Notes under the pieces: generated by a model
What the model was told of the DNA's origin: nothing
The model's database searches: none
The model's input: only the letters and a program-made list of their open reading frames with translations
Program-made: the position numbers and the translations under genes
Part shown: one piece after another, positions 52,559-64,000 of the stretch
How the letters are laid out: every line of letters begins with the position of its first letter
Position numbering within the stretch: position 1 is the first letter of the stretch
Source: the human T2T-CHM13v2.0 reference genome, Homo sapiens
Assembly (NCBI RefSeq): GCF_009914755.1
Contig: NC_060934.1
Reading direction: 5' to 3' (one strand)
Length of the DNA stretch: 64,000 nucleotides

Positions 52559-53763
52559 AGATTTCCTCTTAATTTCTTCATTGACCCACTGGTCATTTAG
52601 AAGCATATTTTTTAATCCATGCATTTGTATAGTTTTCAAAATTCTCTGTGTTATTGATTCCTAGTTTTATTCCATTGTGGTCAGAGAAGCTACTTGATAT
52701 TATTTCCACTTTTTTTGAATGTTTGAAGACTTGTTTTGTGATCTAAGCTATGATCAATCCTTCAGAGAGATCCATGTGCTGAGGAAAAGAATGTGTATTT
52801 TTTAGCTCTTGGATGAAATGTTCTGTAATTATATATTAGATCCAATTGGTTTATACTGCAGATTAAATCCAATATTTCTTTGTTGATTTTCTGTCTGGAA
52901 GATCTGTCCAATGCTGAAAATGAGGTGTTGAAGTCTCCTGCTATTACCGTATTGAGGTCTATCTCTCTCTTTAGCTCTAATAATATTTGCTTTATATATC
53001 TGAGTGCTCCAGTGTTGGGTGCATATATATTTACAATTATTATATCCTCTTGCTGAATTGATCCCTTTATCATTATGTAGTGACCTTCTTTGTCTCTTCT
53101 TACAGTTTTTGTCTTGAAATCTATTTTGTCTGATATAAATATAGCTACTCTTGCTTTCTTTTGGTTTCCACTGATATGGAATATATTTTTCTATCGCTTT
53201 ATTTTCAGCCTATGTGTGTCTTTATAGGTGAAGAATGCTTCCTGTAGGCAACAGATCAATGGGTCTTGTTTTTTTAATCCTTTCAACCACTCTATGTCTT
53301 TTGATTGAAGAGTGTGGATCATTTACATTCAATGTTATTATTGGTAAGTAAGGACTTACTCCTGCCATTTTGTTATTTGTTTTCTGGTTATTTTGTAGTC
53401 TTTTCTTTCTTCTTTCCTTTCCTCCTGTCTTCCTGTTAGTGAAGGTAATTTTCTCTGGTGATATAATTTAGTTTCTTGCTTTTTATATTTTGAGTCTCCG
53501 TTGTATGGTTTTGATTTGAAGTTACCCACTACATACTATCTTATAACCCATTATTTTAAGCTGATAACAACTTAAAACTGTTTGCATAAACAAATAAACA
53601 ATGAGACAGACAACTAGTAAAAATTCTGCACTTTTTATTCCTCCACTCTTAAACTTTTTGTTGTTTCCATTTATATCTCCTTGTACTATGTCTTGAAAAG
53701 TTGTTGTAGATATTATTTTTGGTTGGTTCCTCATTTAATCTTTCTACTTAAGAGTAGTTACAT

Positions 53764-54066
53764 GTCCAGGCTCAGTGGCTTATGCCTGTAATCCCAGCAC
53801 TTTGGGAGCCCAAGGTGGGCAAATCACCTGAGGTCAGGAATTCGAGACCAGCCTGGCCAACATGGCAAAATCCCATCTCTACTAAAAATACAAAAATTAG
53901 CCAGGCATGGTGGCGGACTTCTGTAATCCCAGCTACTTGGGAGGTTGAGGCAGCGAGAATTGCTTGAACCAGGGAGGCGGAGGTTACAGTGAGCCAAGAT
54001 CGCACTACTGCACTCCAGCCTGGGTGCCAGAGTGAGGCTCTGTCTCAAAAAAACAAAAACAAAAAC
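53764..54066 (+). mobile_element. AluSx/Sz-type
   Basis: Full dimer with (AAAAAC)n tail; TSD-like agtagttaca / agtagtttaca. Confidence 0.94.
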
Positions 54067-54979
54067 AGTAGTTTACACACAACAGTTACACTCATAATGT
54101 TCTGTGTTTTTCTGTGTAATTACTAGTACCAGTGAGTTTTTGTAACTTCAGATGATTTCTTATTGCTCATGAACATCCTTTTTCTTTTGGATTGAAATAT
54201 TCTCTTTAACGTTTCCTGTAGGACAGGTCTGATACTGATAAAATCCCCCAGCTTTTGCTTGTCTTGGTAAGTCTTCATTTCTCCTTCATGTTTGAGGGAT
54301 AATTTCACTGGATATACTATTCTAGGGTAAAAGGTTTTTTCCTTTAGCACTTTTAAGTATGTCTGTCACATGACTCTCTCCTCTCCTGTAAGGTTTCTGC
54401 TGAAAAGTCTGCTGCCAAACATATTGCAGCTCCATTGTGTGCTGTTTGTTTCTTTTCTTTGCTGCTTTTTTGGTCCTTTCTTTATTCTTGATCTTTGGGA
54501 GTTTGATTATTAAATACCTTGAGGTATTCTTATTTGGGTTAGATCTGTTTGGTGTTCAATAACCTTCTTGTACTAGAGTATTAATATTAATATATTTCTT
54601 TAGGTTTGAGAAGTTCTCTGTTATTATCCATTTGAGTAAACTTTCTACACTTCTCTCTTTCTCTACCTCCTCTTTAAGGCCAATAACTCTTAGATTTGCC
54701 CTTTTGAGGCTGTTTTTCAGATTCTGTATGTTTACTTTATTCTTTTTATTTTTTTTCTCTTGTCTCCTCTGACTGCATATTTGCAAGTATCTGTCTTCAA
54801 GCTCACTAATTTTTCTGCTTGATCAAGTCTGCTGTTAAAAGATTCTGTTATATTCTTTAGTATGTTTATTGCTTTTATTAACTTCAGAATTTTTGCTGGA
54901 TTCATTTCAATTATTTCAATCTCTTTGTTCAGTTTATCTGATAGAATTCTGAATTCCTTCTCTGTGTTATCTTTTTTTT

Positions 54980-55611
54980 CCAGAACCCAGACTTTTTTTT
55001 ATTGATACCTAATAATTGGACATGTTTATGGGGTACATGTGATATTTTGATACATTTGTACAATGGTAATAACGTAATCAGGGTAATTAGGATACCCATC
55101 ATCTCAAACATTTATTATTTCTTTGTGTTAGAAATATCTAAATCTCCTCTTCTAGCTAATTTGAAATATGCAGTAAGTTATTGTTTATTACAGTCACCTC
55201 ACTGTGCTACCAAACACTAGAATTTATTTCATCTTTCTAACTGCATTTTTGTACCCATTAACCTATCTCTCTTCATCTCCTCCTCCTTATCCTTCCCAGC
55301 CTCTGGTAACCATCATTCTACCTTTTACATCCATGGGATCAACTTTTTTAGCTCTCACATATGAGTGAGAACATGTGATATTTGTCTCTATGTGCCTGGC
55401 TTATTTCACTTAACATAATAACTTCTAGTTCCATCCATATTGCTGCAAATGATAGGATTTCCTTCTTTTTTTATGGCTAAATAATAACCCAGAATCTCTG
55501 TGTGTATGTGTGTGTGCCTGTGAACACTTAGGTTTATTTTACAACTTAGCTATTGTGAATACTTCTGCAATAAGCGTGGGAGTGCAGATATCTCTTTGAC
55601 ATACTAATTTT
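54980..55611 (-). mobile_element. Old L1MA3/4-type 3' end, probably carried as a 3' transduction
   Basis: Antisense L1MA 3'UTR (tttatggggtacatgtgatattttgatac...) plus ~13 nt of non-L1 sequence, lying between two poly(T) tracts. Confidence 0.75.
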
Positions 55612-56110
55612 CTTTCTTTCTTTTTTATTGTTATTATACTTTAAGTTTTAGGGTACATGTGCACAATGTGCAGGTTAGTTACATATGTATACGTGTGCCA
55701 TGCTGGTGTGCTGCACCCATTAACTCATCATTTAACATTAGGTATATCTCCTAATGCTATCCCTCCCCCCTCCCCCCACCCCACAACACTCCCCAGAGTG
55801 TGATGTTCCCCTTCCTGTGTCCATGTGTTCTCATTGTTCAATTCCAACCTATGAGTGAAAACATGCGGTGTTCGGTTTTTTGTCCTTGCGATAGTTTACT
55901 GAGAATGATGATTTCCAGTTTCATCCATGTCCCTACAAAGGACATGAACTCATCATTTTTTATGGCTGCATAGTATTCCATGGTGTATATGTGCCACATT
56001 TTCTTAATCCAGTCTATCATTGTTGGACATTTGGGTTAGTTCCAAGTCTTTGCTATTGTGAATAGTGCTGCAATAAACATACGTGTGCATGTGTCTTTAC
56101 AGCAGCATGA
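55612..56110 (-). mobile_element. 5'-truncated young L1 (L1PA3-like)
   Basis: ttatactttaagttttagggtacatgtgcacaatgtgcaggttagttac... close to the young L1PA 3'UTR. ORF 55838-56020 is the ORF2 C-terminus (DWIKKMWHIYTMEYYAAIKNDEFMSF). Confidence 0.95.
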
Positions 56111-59100
56111 TTATCTTGAATCTCTTTGAGTTTCCTCAAAACAGCTATTTGAATTCTCTATTTAAAAGATCACATATCTCTGTTTCTTCAAGATTGGGCC
56201 CTGATGCCTTATTTAGTTTGTTGGGTGAGGTCTTGTTTTACCATTTGGTGTTGATACTTACGTATGTTCTTCAGTGTCTAGGAACTGAAGCATTAGGTAT
56301 TTATTGTAATATTTGTAGTCTGGGCTTGTTTGTACCCTTCCTTCTTGGGAAGGCTTTTCAGGTATCAATAGGATTTGGGTGTTGTGACCTAAGCCATATC
56401 TGCATTAGGGGGCCCAAAAGCCCAGTAATGCTGTGGTTCTTGCAGACTCACAAAAGTACTGCCTTGATGATCTTGGATAATATCTGGAAGAATTCTCTGG
56501 ATTATGAGGCAGACACTCTTGTTCTCTTCCCTGACTTTCCCTCACACAAATGGAGTGTCTCTCTCTCTCCCTCTCTCTCTGTTCTGAACTGCTTGCAGCT
56601 AAGGGTTGGGTGGCATGAGTACTTCTGTGTACACCATCACTGGGATTCTATTGGGTCAGACCTGAAGCCACCACAGCAGTGGGTCTCTCCCAAGGTCTGC
56701 TGTAACCACTACCTGGCTACCACCTATGTTCCCTGAAGGCCCTAGGGCTCTATAATCAGTAGGTGGTGAAAACAGCCAGCCTTATGTCCTCTCCTTCAGG
56801 GTGCTGAGCTCTCCTAGGTCCTGGGAGAGCCAGATATGCTGTCCAAGAGCCAGATAATAGAGTCAAAAGCCTTAGACATCTACCTGGTGTTCTACGATAT
56901 TGAGGCTAAGCTGGCATTCAAACCACAAGAGGTAGTCCTTCCTATTCTTCCTCCACTCCCCTGCACCCCATTCCATAGACAGAGAAGCCTCAGCCCATGG
57001 CCGTCAGCACCACAGGCCTATAGGGAGTACTGTGAGGCTACTGCCAATATTTCCTTAAGGCCCAAAGACTCTTTGGTCAGCTTGTGATGAAAGTTGCCTG
57101 GCCTGGGACTCACCCTTTAGGGCAATGGGCTTCTCCATGGCCCAGGGAAGATCCAGAAATGCCATCCAAGAGCCAAGGCCTAGAATTGGAAAAAGAACTT
57201 GTTTAAAGCTCTACCCTCCCCATAGCTGAAGTGGTACCTACGGTGCAAGGCTTTAATTAATTTACATTTGCCTCTGCTTTTCTCAAGCAGAGGGAACCTC
57301 TCCCCATAGCCACCACAGTTAAGAATATGCTGAGTCCCACCTGAAGCCAGTTAGTCTCAGAGTCTCACCTAAGGCTTGTGGTGTACTACTGGATATTGTT
57401 GGCTATTATTCAGGGTCCAAGACCTTTTTAGTCAGCAGGTGATGGGTCTTGCTGGGAATGGGTCCTTAGCTTCAAGGCAGCCTGTTTCTTTCTGTCCCAA
57501 GATGTGTTTAGAAATATCATCTGGGAGCTTGGACCTCACAACTCTGACTAGTGTCCCATCCTGTTGTGGCTGAGCTGGTATCCAAGATGCCAGACTAAGT
57601 CCTCTTGACTCTTCCCTCTCCTCCCCTCAAGTAAAAGGAAGGGGTCTCTTCTGGAGCAAGAAACTACATCCTGAGGTTGAGGAGAAGGGGTGCAAGCACT
57701 CACTTGGCTGCCCTGGAAGTCCACTGTGAGCCCAGTTCGGTAGTAGGACTTGCCTGGGAGTTGCAGTCCTTGTGACCTAGACTCTCTTTCAAGTTTCTTT
57801 AGGTCCCAAGAGCACTTTAGCTTGTGGTGTAGGGCTTGCAGGAACTCAAATTCTGACCTCTGGGATGGGCAATTCTCCTCTGATTGGAGCTGGTTTCAAT
57901 ACTTCCTCCATGGGCAGGCTTCAGCTGAGTTCAACCTAGTTTTGCTTTCTGCTGTGACAGGGCAGCACTGAGTTCAACACGTTTCCCAGTCCCTGTGCTC
58001 TCCCTCTCTCAAGTGTGCAGATTCTCTCTCTGCACCATGTGGCTGCTGTGGGGGATGGGGAGGAGAAGTATTGGCAATTCAAGACTGTCTTTCCCCCTCT
58101 TCTGTGCCTTTTTCAGCCGTATGAAATTAAAATCAGGTATGTGGGTGCCCACCTGATTTTTGGTTCTTCTGAGGATATTGTTAAACTGTTGTTTTTGCGG
58201 GGGAGAGGATGACTGGTGGAGACTTCTGTTTGGCCATTTGTTCCACCTCTCTGAGTTGAATTTTAAAATTTTGTTTATTCCAGCTCCAGTGCTTCTTTTT
58301 TTGTCAATTATTTCAATCTCTCTACTAAATTTTTCTTCCTGCCCATTTATCATTTTCCTCATTTTATTGAATTTTTTCTGTATTTTATTAAAGTAGTCTG
58401 AGGTTTCTTAAAACAGTTACTTTAAAATCTTTTCAGATGGTTCATACATGTCTGTTTCTTTAGAGTTAGTCACTAGCTCATTGTTTTGTCCATTTTGGTG
58501 ATGTTATGTTTCCCTGATTTTTTCGATCCTTGTGATCATGCATCAGTGTCTGTGCATCTGAAGTAGTAGGTATTTATTCAATTCTTTGCAGACTGGTTTT
58601 GTCTGGGAAACCTCTGCAGCAGGCACAGTGCTGGGGTGTGCCAGAAACCTTGGAAAGCTGTGGCCATAACAGTGTTGCTAGAAGTCTGGGGCCCACTAAG
58701 GCTGGTGCAGTGCTAGGGTGGTCCAGAAGGCTAAGACAGATGTGGCTAGAGCAGCTTAGTGACACTTCAGAACCCCATGGCCACTAAGGACTGTCTGCCC
58801 TTGAGGGATGTCCAGAACCCCAGGGTCAGTGACTGGACTTATTTGTGATGCATGGAAGAGTTCGGCATGCAAGCCTGAAGCCTGGGGCTGTATGGTCCAC
58901 TTATGCTAGGGTGGGTCTAGAGGTTCAGTCCATGAGTACTGGCCTGGACTGTTATGCTCTGAGGGTCTCCCCAGTTGTGTGTTTTACTGTGGTGAGCCTG
59001 GTGTTGGGGCTTAACATTCTGTGCACACTTCTCTCTCTTTCCCCCAAATTGGACAATATCTTTCTCCATGCTTTGCTACCTGGGGATTAGGCACATGTGA

Positions 59101-60334
59101 TGTGAGTAATACAAAACCATCCTTTCTACCCTCTTCGATGTGTCTTTTCTTATTACTGTGCTACAACTAGGTACTGTGAGCTGCCACCTGGTTTCGTTAG
59201 TTCTTATGAAGGTATTTTCATGAGTGGATAGTTGTTTGATTTGGTGTTTTTTTCAGACGGATAATCACTGGGAGTACTACTTCACCATTTTGTTCTGTCC
59301 CTCATTGAGTCATTATTCTTAATTGGAAGGGTAAGCAATTCAATCAGTAAGAAATAAAAAGGTAAATAGTCCAGTTTAATTCTGAATATTTAGCATATAT
59401 ATCAGATATTAAGAATATTAAGAACATTAAGTATTAAGGATATCTTTAATATTTGGCTAAATTTTGAGTATGATTTAGTAATCCACAATAATAAATTATA
59501 CACTTTGAGTGACAGATTGGCATGTGGTGTCATTTTCCAACACACCTAATTTTTATGTGGTAACGTAAGTTTTATTTGCTCATCCTTATTGACCTCTGGA
59601 AATAACTTTTTTCTGAAAATATTGTAAAGTGTAGTAATTACTTTGGGTCCCTTTTTAAGGTTTTACAATGATTTTGTCATATTTATTGTTAGAATTGTTT
59701 CTTCCCAACTTCAGATGCATGTGTTTTCATGTAGATGTAACTCAACTAGTGTAAATTTTCTATCCTCTAGCCCTTTACTTCATTTCATATTGGTGAAGTC
59801 AGTTGCCTTATTGGAAAGTTTAGGATAGGGACTTGGTAGGTGTGCATGAGCTTTTTCCTATCTTCTTCTCCTTCTCCTTCGTTCTTGGGAGTCAGGATGC
59901 CTACCTAGAGCACAAGTTCTTCTCTTGTACACCATGATTAAATTTGACTGGACATCTCTACCCTATAACAGGAAATTTGCCCTAGTCCAGCTGTTTGTGA
60001 CAGAGGTACATCTGTCTAATTTTGGTTGTTAGTATTAGAAAGTCTACTTCCAAACAAATATAATTCATTTCTCCTAATATCAACATTATTACTACTAATA
60101 GTAATGATGATATTTGAGAATCTGCTTTCTTTTTCATCTATCAATTGGTTCATACCACAAATAAAGTTATGCTATTTATTGGCCATATTCAGGGCTTCAA
60201 ATATTGAGAAATAAATTCAGAGTAAAAAATGAGGGGGGTTAAGATGTACAAAAGAATAGCTCTGGTGCAACCAATGTTCATGACTTATGATTTGGATGGT
60301 TTTGACTGTGATGGTTGGTAATAAATGATGCCAT

Positions 60335-60526
60335 ATGTCAGCAAATTTTTCCTATAAGAGGCCAAACAGTAAATATTTTTGCCTTTGTAGGGTCATAGAG
60401 TGTCTGTTACAACCACTCAACTCTGTCACTATAGTGCAAAAGTAGCCATAGACAGTACATTAAAAGAAATTTACAAAAATAGGCAATGGACCAGATTGGC
60501 CCACAAATTTAGTTTTTGGATCCCTG
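60335..60526 (+). mobile_element. MER58A-type hAT MITE
   Basis: tcagcaaatttttcctataagaggccaaacagtaaatatttt...caaccactcaactctgtcactatagtgcaaaagtagccatagaca...gatccctg. Confidence 0.8.
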
Positions 60527-60760
60527 AGCTATATTGTGCTATGTGGCTGGTATTTTAAATTTGTTCTTTGCTTAATGCACTTATTTAGGTATTTCCTTCA
60601 TTATTTTTTAATAACAATAATAGTTAACATTTCATGTTAACTCACAATGTTCCAAAAAAGGACTGAGGGCTGAGTGTTTTGGATAATTTAATTCAATACT
60701 CAGAACAACCCTATAAACTGAGATTCTGAGGAATTCAGTAAATTGTCCAAGGTGACCAAT

Positions 60761-61130
60761 TGTATTTGTCTGTTTTCACACTGCTGATAAAGACATACTG
60801 GAGACCAGGCAATTTACCAGGGAAAGAGGTTTAATTGGACTTACAGTTCCACATGGCTGGGGAGGCCTCATAATCATGGTGGAAGGCAAGGAGGAGCAAG
60901 TCACATCTTATGTGGATGGTGGCAGGCAAAAAAAAAGAGCTTGTGCATGCAAACCCTGTTTTTAAAAACCATCAGATCTCCTGAGACACACTCACTATCA
61001 TGAGAACAGCATGGGAAAGACCCGCCCCCACGATTCAATCATCTCCCACTGGGCCCCCTCCCACAACACATGGGAATTACAGGAGCTACAAGATGAGATT
61101 TGGGTGGGGACACAGAGCCAAACCATATCA
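60761..61130 (-). mobile_element. THE1 (B/C-like) solo LTR, inserted in a MIR remnant
   Basis: tgtatttgtctgttttcacactgctgataaagacata...gggtggggacacagagccaaaccatatca. Confidence 0.92.
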
Positions 61131-61161
61131 CTATTGGAATCAATGTGAGGTGAGGAGAAGA

Positions 61162-61468
<307 letters not shown>

Positions 61469-61658
61469 TAGTATTTCATGTCCATGTGACTTTCAAGTGT
61501 GAGTGCTTAACGCTGTGTAGTTCATCACTTTTTGGAATGTAGCATTTTAATTAATGACAAATAAAAAGTAGAGGTAAATTTGTCTCAGATGGTAGGATAA
61601 ATAAATTCTAGCTACATTTTTCTTAAACAATCAGAATTTTCTTGAAAAGAAAGCCAGA

Positions 61659-61973
<315 letters not shown>

Positions 61974-63931
61974 TTACAAAGTGGGTATGTGTGAGACAAG
62001 AAATATGCATCAGAATAAATAAGCAGCACAATAGTGGGCACCTTGAAAGCAAGAGTGTTACAGCTTAGCAGCCTGGTAACAAAAGAAAAATTTGTTGGTT
62101 TGATTCAGTACTTATTTAGTGCATCCACAGGAAGGCCAGATAGTCTGCCTGCAGTTAAACAAACCAGCGAGAATTTTATTCGCATTCCATTCTATTCTAA
62201 GCATGGAGATCTAACTAGGTTCACATCTGTGTACAGGTGGCCTGAGCCAGAGTGAAATGTCCTTATATGGATATCTGCACTTCTACCTTTAGCAATTCAT
62301 TTCTTTTGGGAAAGCATCATCTTTTCTTTGTAGTCCTCTTTTAAATTGCAAATAATCTATGCAAAAGAACACTTTGTTTTTCTAATAGAGTCTTAGGGGA
62401 AATAAATTTAATATTTCACTTTTTTCCTCCACTTTTTCCCCCTTCACTTTGTGAAATTCCTGTGACTACTTAATCTTGGTTTCCATTACATATCTATTTC
62501 CAAAGTCAATTCTTAACTCTTTAAGTTTCTCAAAGTGAACAATATATGCCTAAGGTAATTTTTATAATAATAATTTGGAAAGCCATACTAAACCTAGATG
62601 CAAGTTCACTTAATGATGAGTGGTAAACATGATGCAATAGTGTCATACTCATACATTTTTTTCTGCGTTAGTAAACATTATAAAAAATGGTTTAAAAAAT
62701 GAGTTTTTAAAACAATTTGAATTAAAATTGTAAAAAGTTTTACTTAATCAGGCCCTTTTTTAAAGTAAGAAAGTTAAATTATTGATTTAATCTTTTAATG
62801 AATTATCTAAATATGTTGGGTTGGGAAGAACCCACATTTGTTTTCCAGATACTATTCATCCTTAAATGTAAATGTCTTCAAGAAGTAAAAACATTATACC
62901 TGATATTTAATGAGTTTTTTCGTAAGTCCTCAAAGCATCTCTTGGTAGAACTACTTGACATCCTACCAAAAAATATCATCAGTCTTTTCCTTCTTAGCTT
63001 TTTAAAAAATTATTTCTCTCTTGGTCAGAATGTTATAGTTTTTGGCCTATGTAAAACTTTCCATGAGAAGGGTGATTCTCATATCCAGTGTTTTTTTTTT
63101 TAGTGTGGATTACTCACACCGCTGGCCTTATCTATACACATGCAACCTTATCTATACATGTGCAAGGCTTATTGATACATGTGCTACCTTGTTTACTTAC
63201 TGCCCTTTCTTCCTGTCTCCCCATTGCACACCTTTGGATTTTTATGCCTTTATTCATCTGTCGGATTTCAAGCAATGGAAAGATAAAAAGTCAAATCAGT
63301 TTATTTTACTATTTCTTCACATATTTTTTTAAAGTTGATGAAAGATTTAAGATATTAATTGAGAAGAGTCATACAACAATTGTTATTAATTATGTTCAAT
63401 CAGTTCTTAATTATTTATGTCAACACCTTGCCTTTGTGAATATGTGAGGGATAGTAGAACAAGAGACATTCAAGTTTTGACATTACCCTGTGAGACAAGG
63501 TATGGTTCTAATGAAGGTGATAAATGAATTAAGCAAATACCACCTGGGATGTAGAAAGGTATTTGTGCAGTGTTAGAATCCACACTTGCTTCTTCTGGCA
63601 AAAGCAGCCACTAATTGTTTGCTGTAGTAGAACCAATTTTCACTGAAAATAATTTTTATTTGAATTTTGCACATGGATTAATCAACAGCAGATTTGAAAA
63701 AGTGCTGCCTTAAGACCAGTCTCAAAGTTTGCTTAATATTTACTTGATCTAAACTCAACCCAAAATAAATCCTAAAACACTCAGACAAATAGAAAATATA
63801 CAATGTACATGTGTATTATTTTTCCATTTTTACCATTTTTTAAGTGGGTTGTTTTTGATTATTCTGCCTATTTTTTATGTTCTACTTTCTCAGCCACTTT
63901 TTTTTAACTCATTCCTCCCTTCTTTTCACAG

Positions 63932-64000
63932 GTATAAAAACACCCAAAAGATGTCTCTGAAATACATTGCCAAAGAAAGAGCTTCAAATAGAGTCACTGT
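63932..64000 (+). other. Candidate exon start (runs off the window)
   Basis: Branch-like tttaac, long pyrimidine tract and cag|G (ttttttaactcattcctcccttcttttcacag|gtat). Motif evidence only. Confidence 0.3.

Noticed and set aside
56083-56736. Longest ORF in the track (217 aa, + strand)
   Set aside because: It is antisense to L1 sequence, spans an insertion junction, starts at GTG and has no recognisable domain.

Overview
This is AT-rich primate (human or great-ape type) genomic DNA, intronic or intergenic, and dominated by transposable elements: AluY/S/J, L1PA3 to L1ME, L2, MIR, MaLR/ERV1 solo LTRs, and hAT and Tc1/mariner DNA transposons. I could not support any protein-coding gene. The supplied ORFs are L1 ORF1/ORF2 remnants, Alu read-throughs, low-complexity tracts or chance frames. 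The most informative signals are retrotransposition footprints. (1) A 675-bp GC- and CpG-rich, apparently non-repetitive insert at 44696-45370 has AATAAA, poly(A) and a perfect 11-bp TSD, so it is an orphan transduction or retrocopy of unknown source. (2) An L1PA3-type insertion at 54974-56110 carries a probable ~640-bp 3' transduction hidden inside a 12.8-kb nested L1 stack. (3) Two L1s have 5' inversions consistent with twin priming. (4) An L1PA8A-type element has its 5'UTR fused directly to mid-ORF2. (5) Two AluY copies have microhomology-bounded right-arm deletions. A few strong + strand splice-site pairs may mark a non-coding host transcript. Subfamily names come from remembered consensus motifs, not from a database search, and the boundaries of old elements are approximate.
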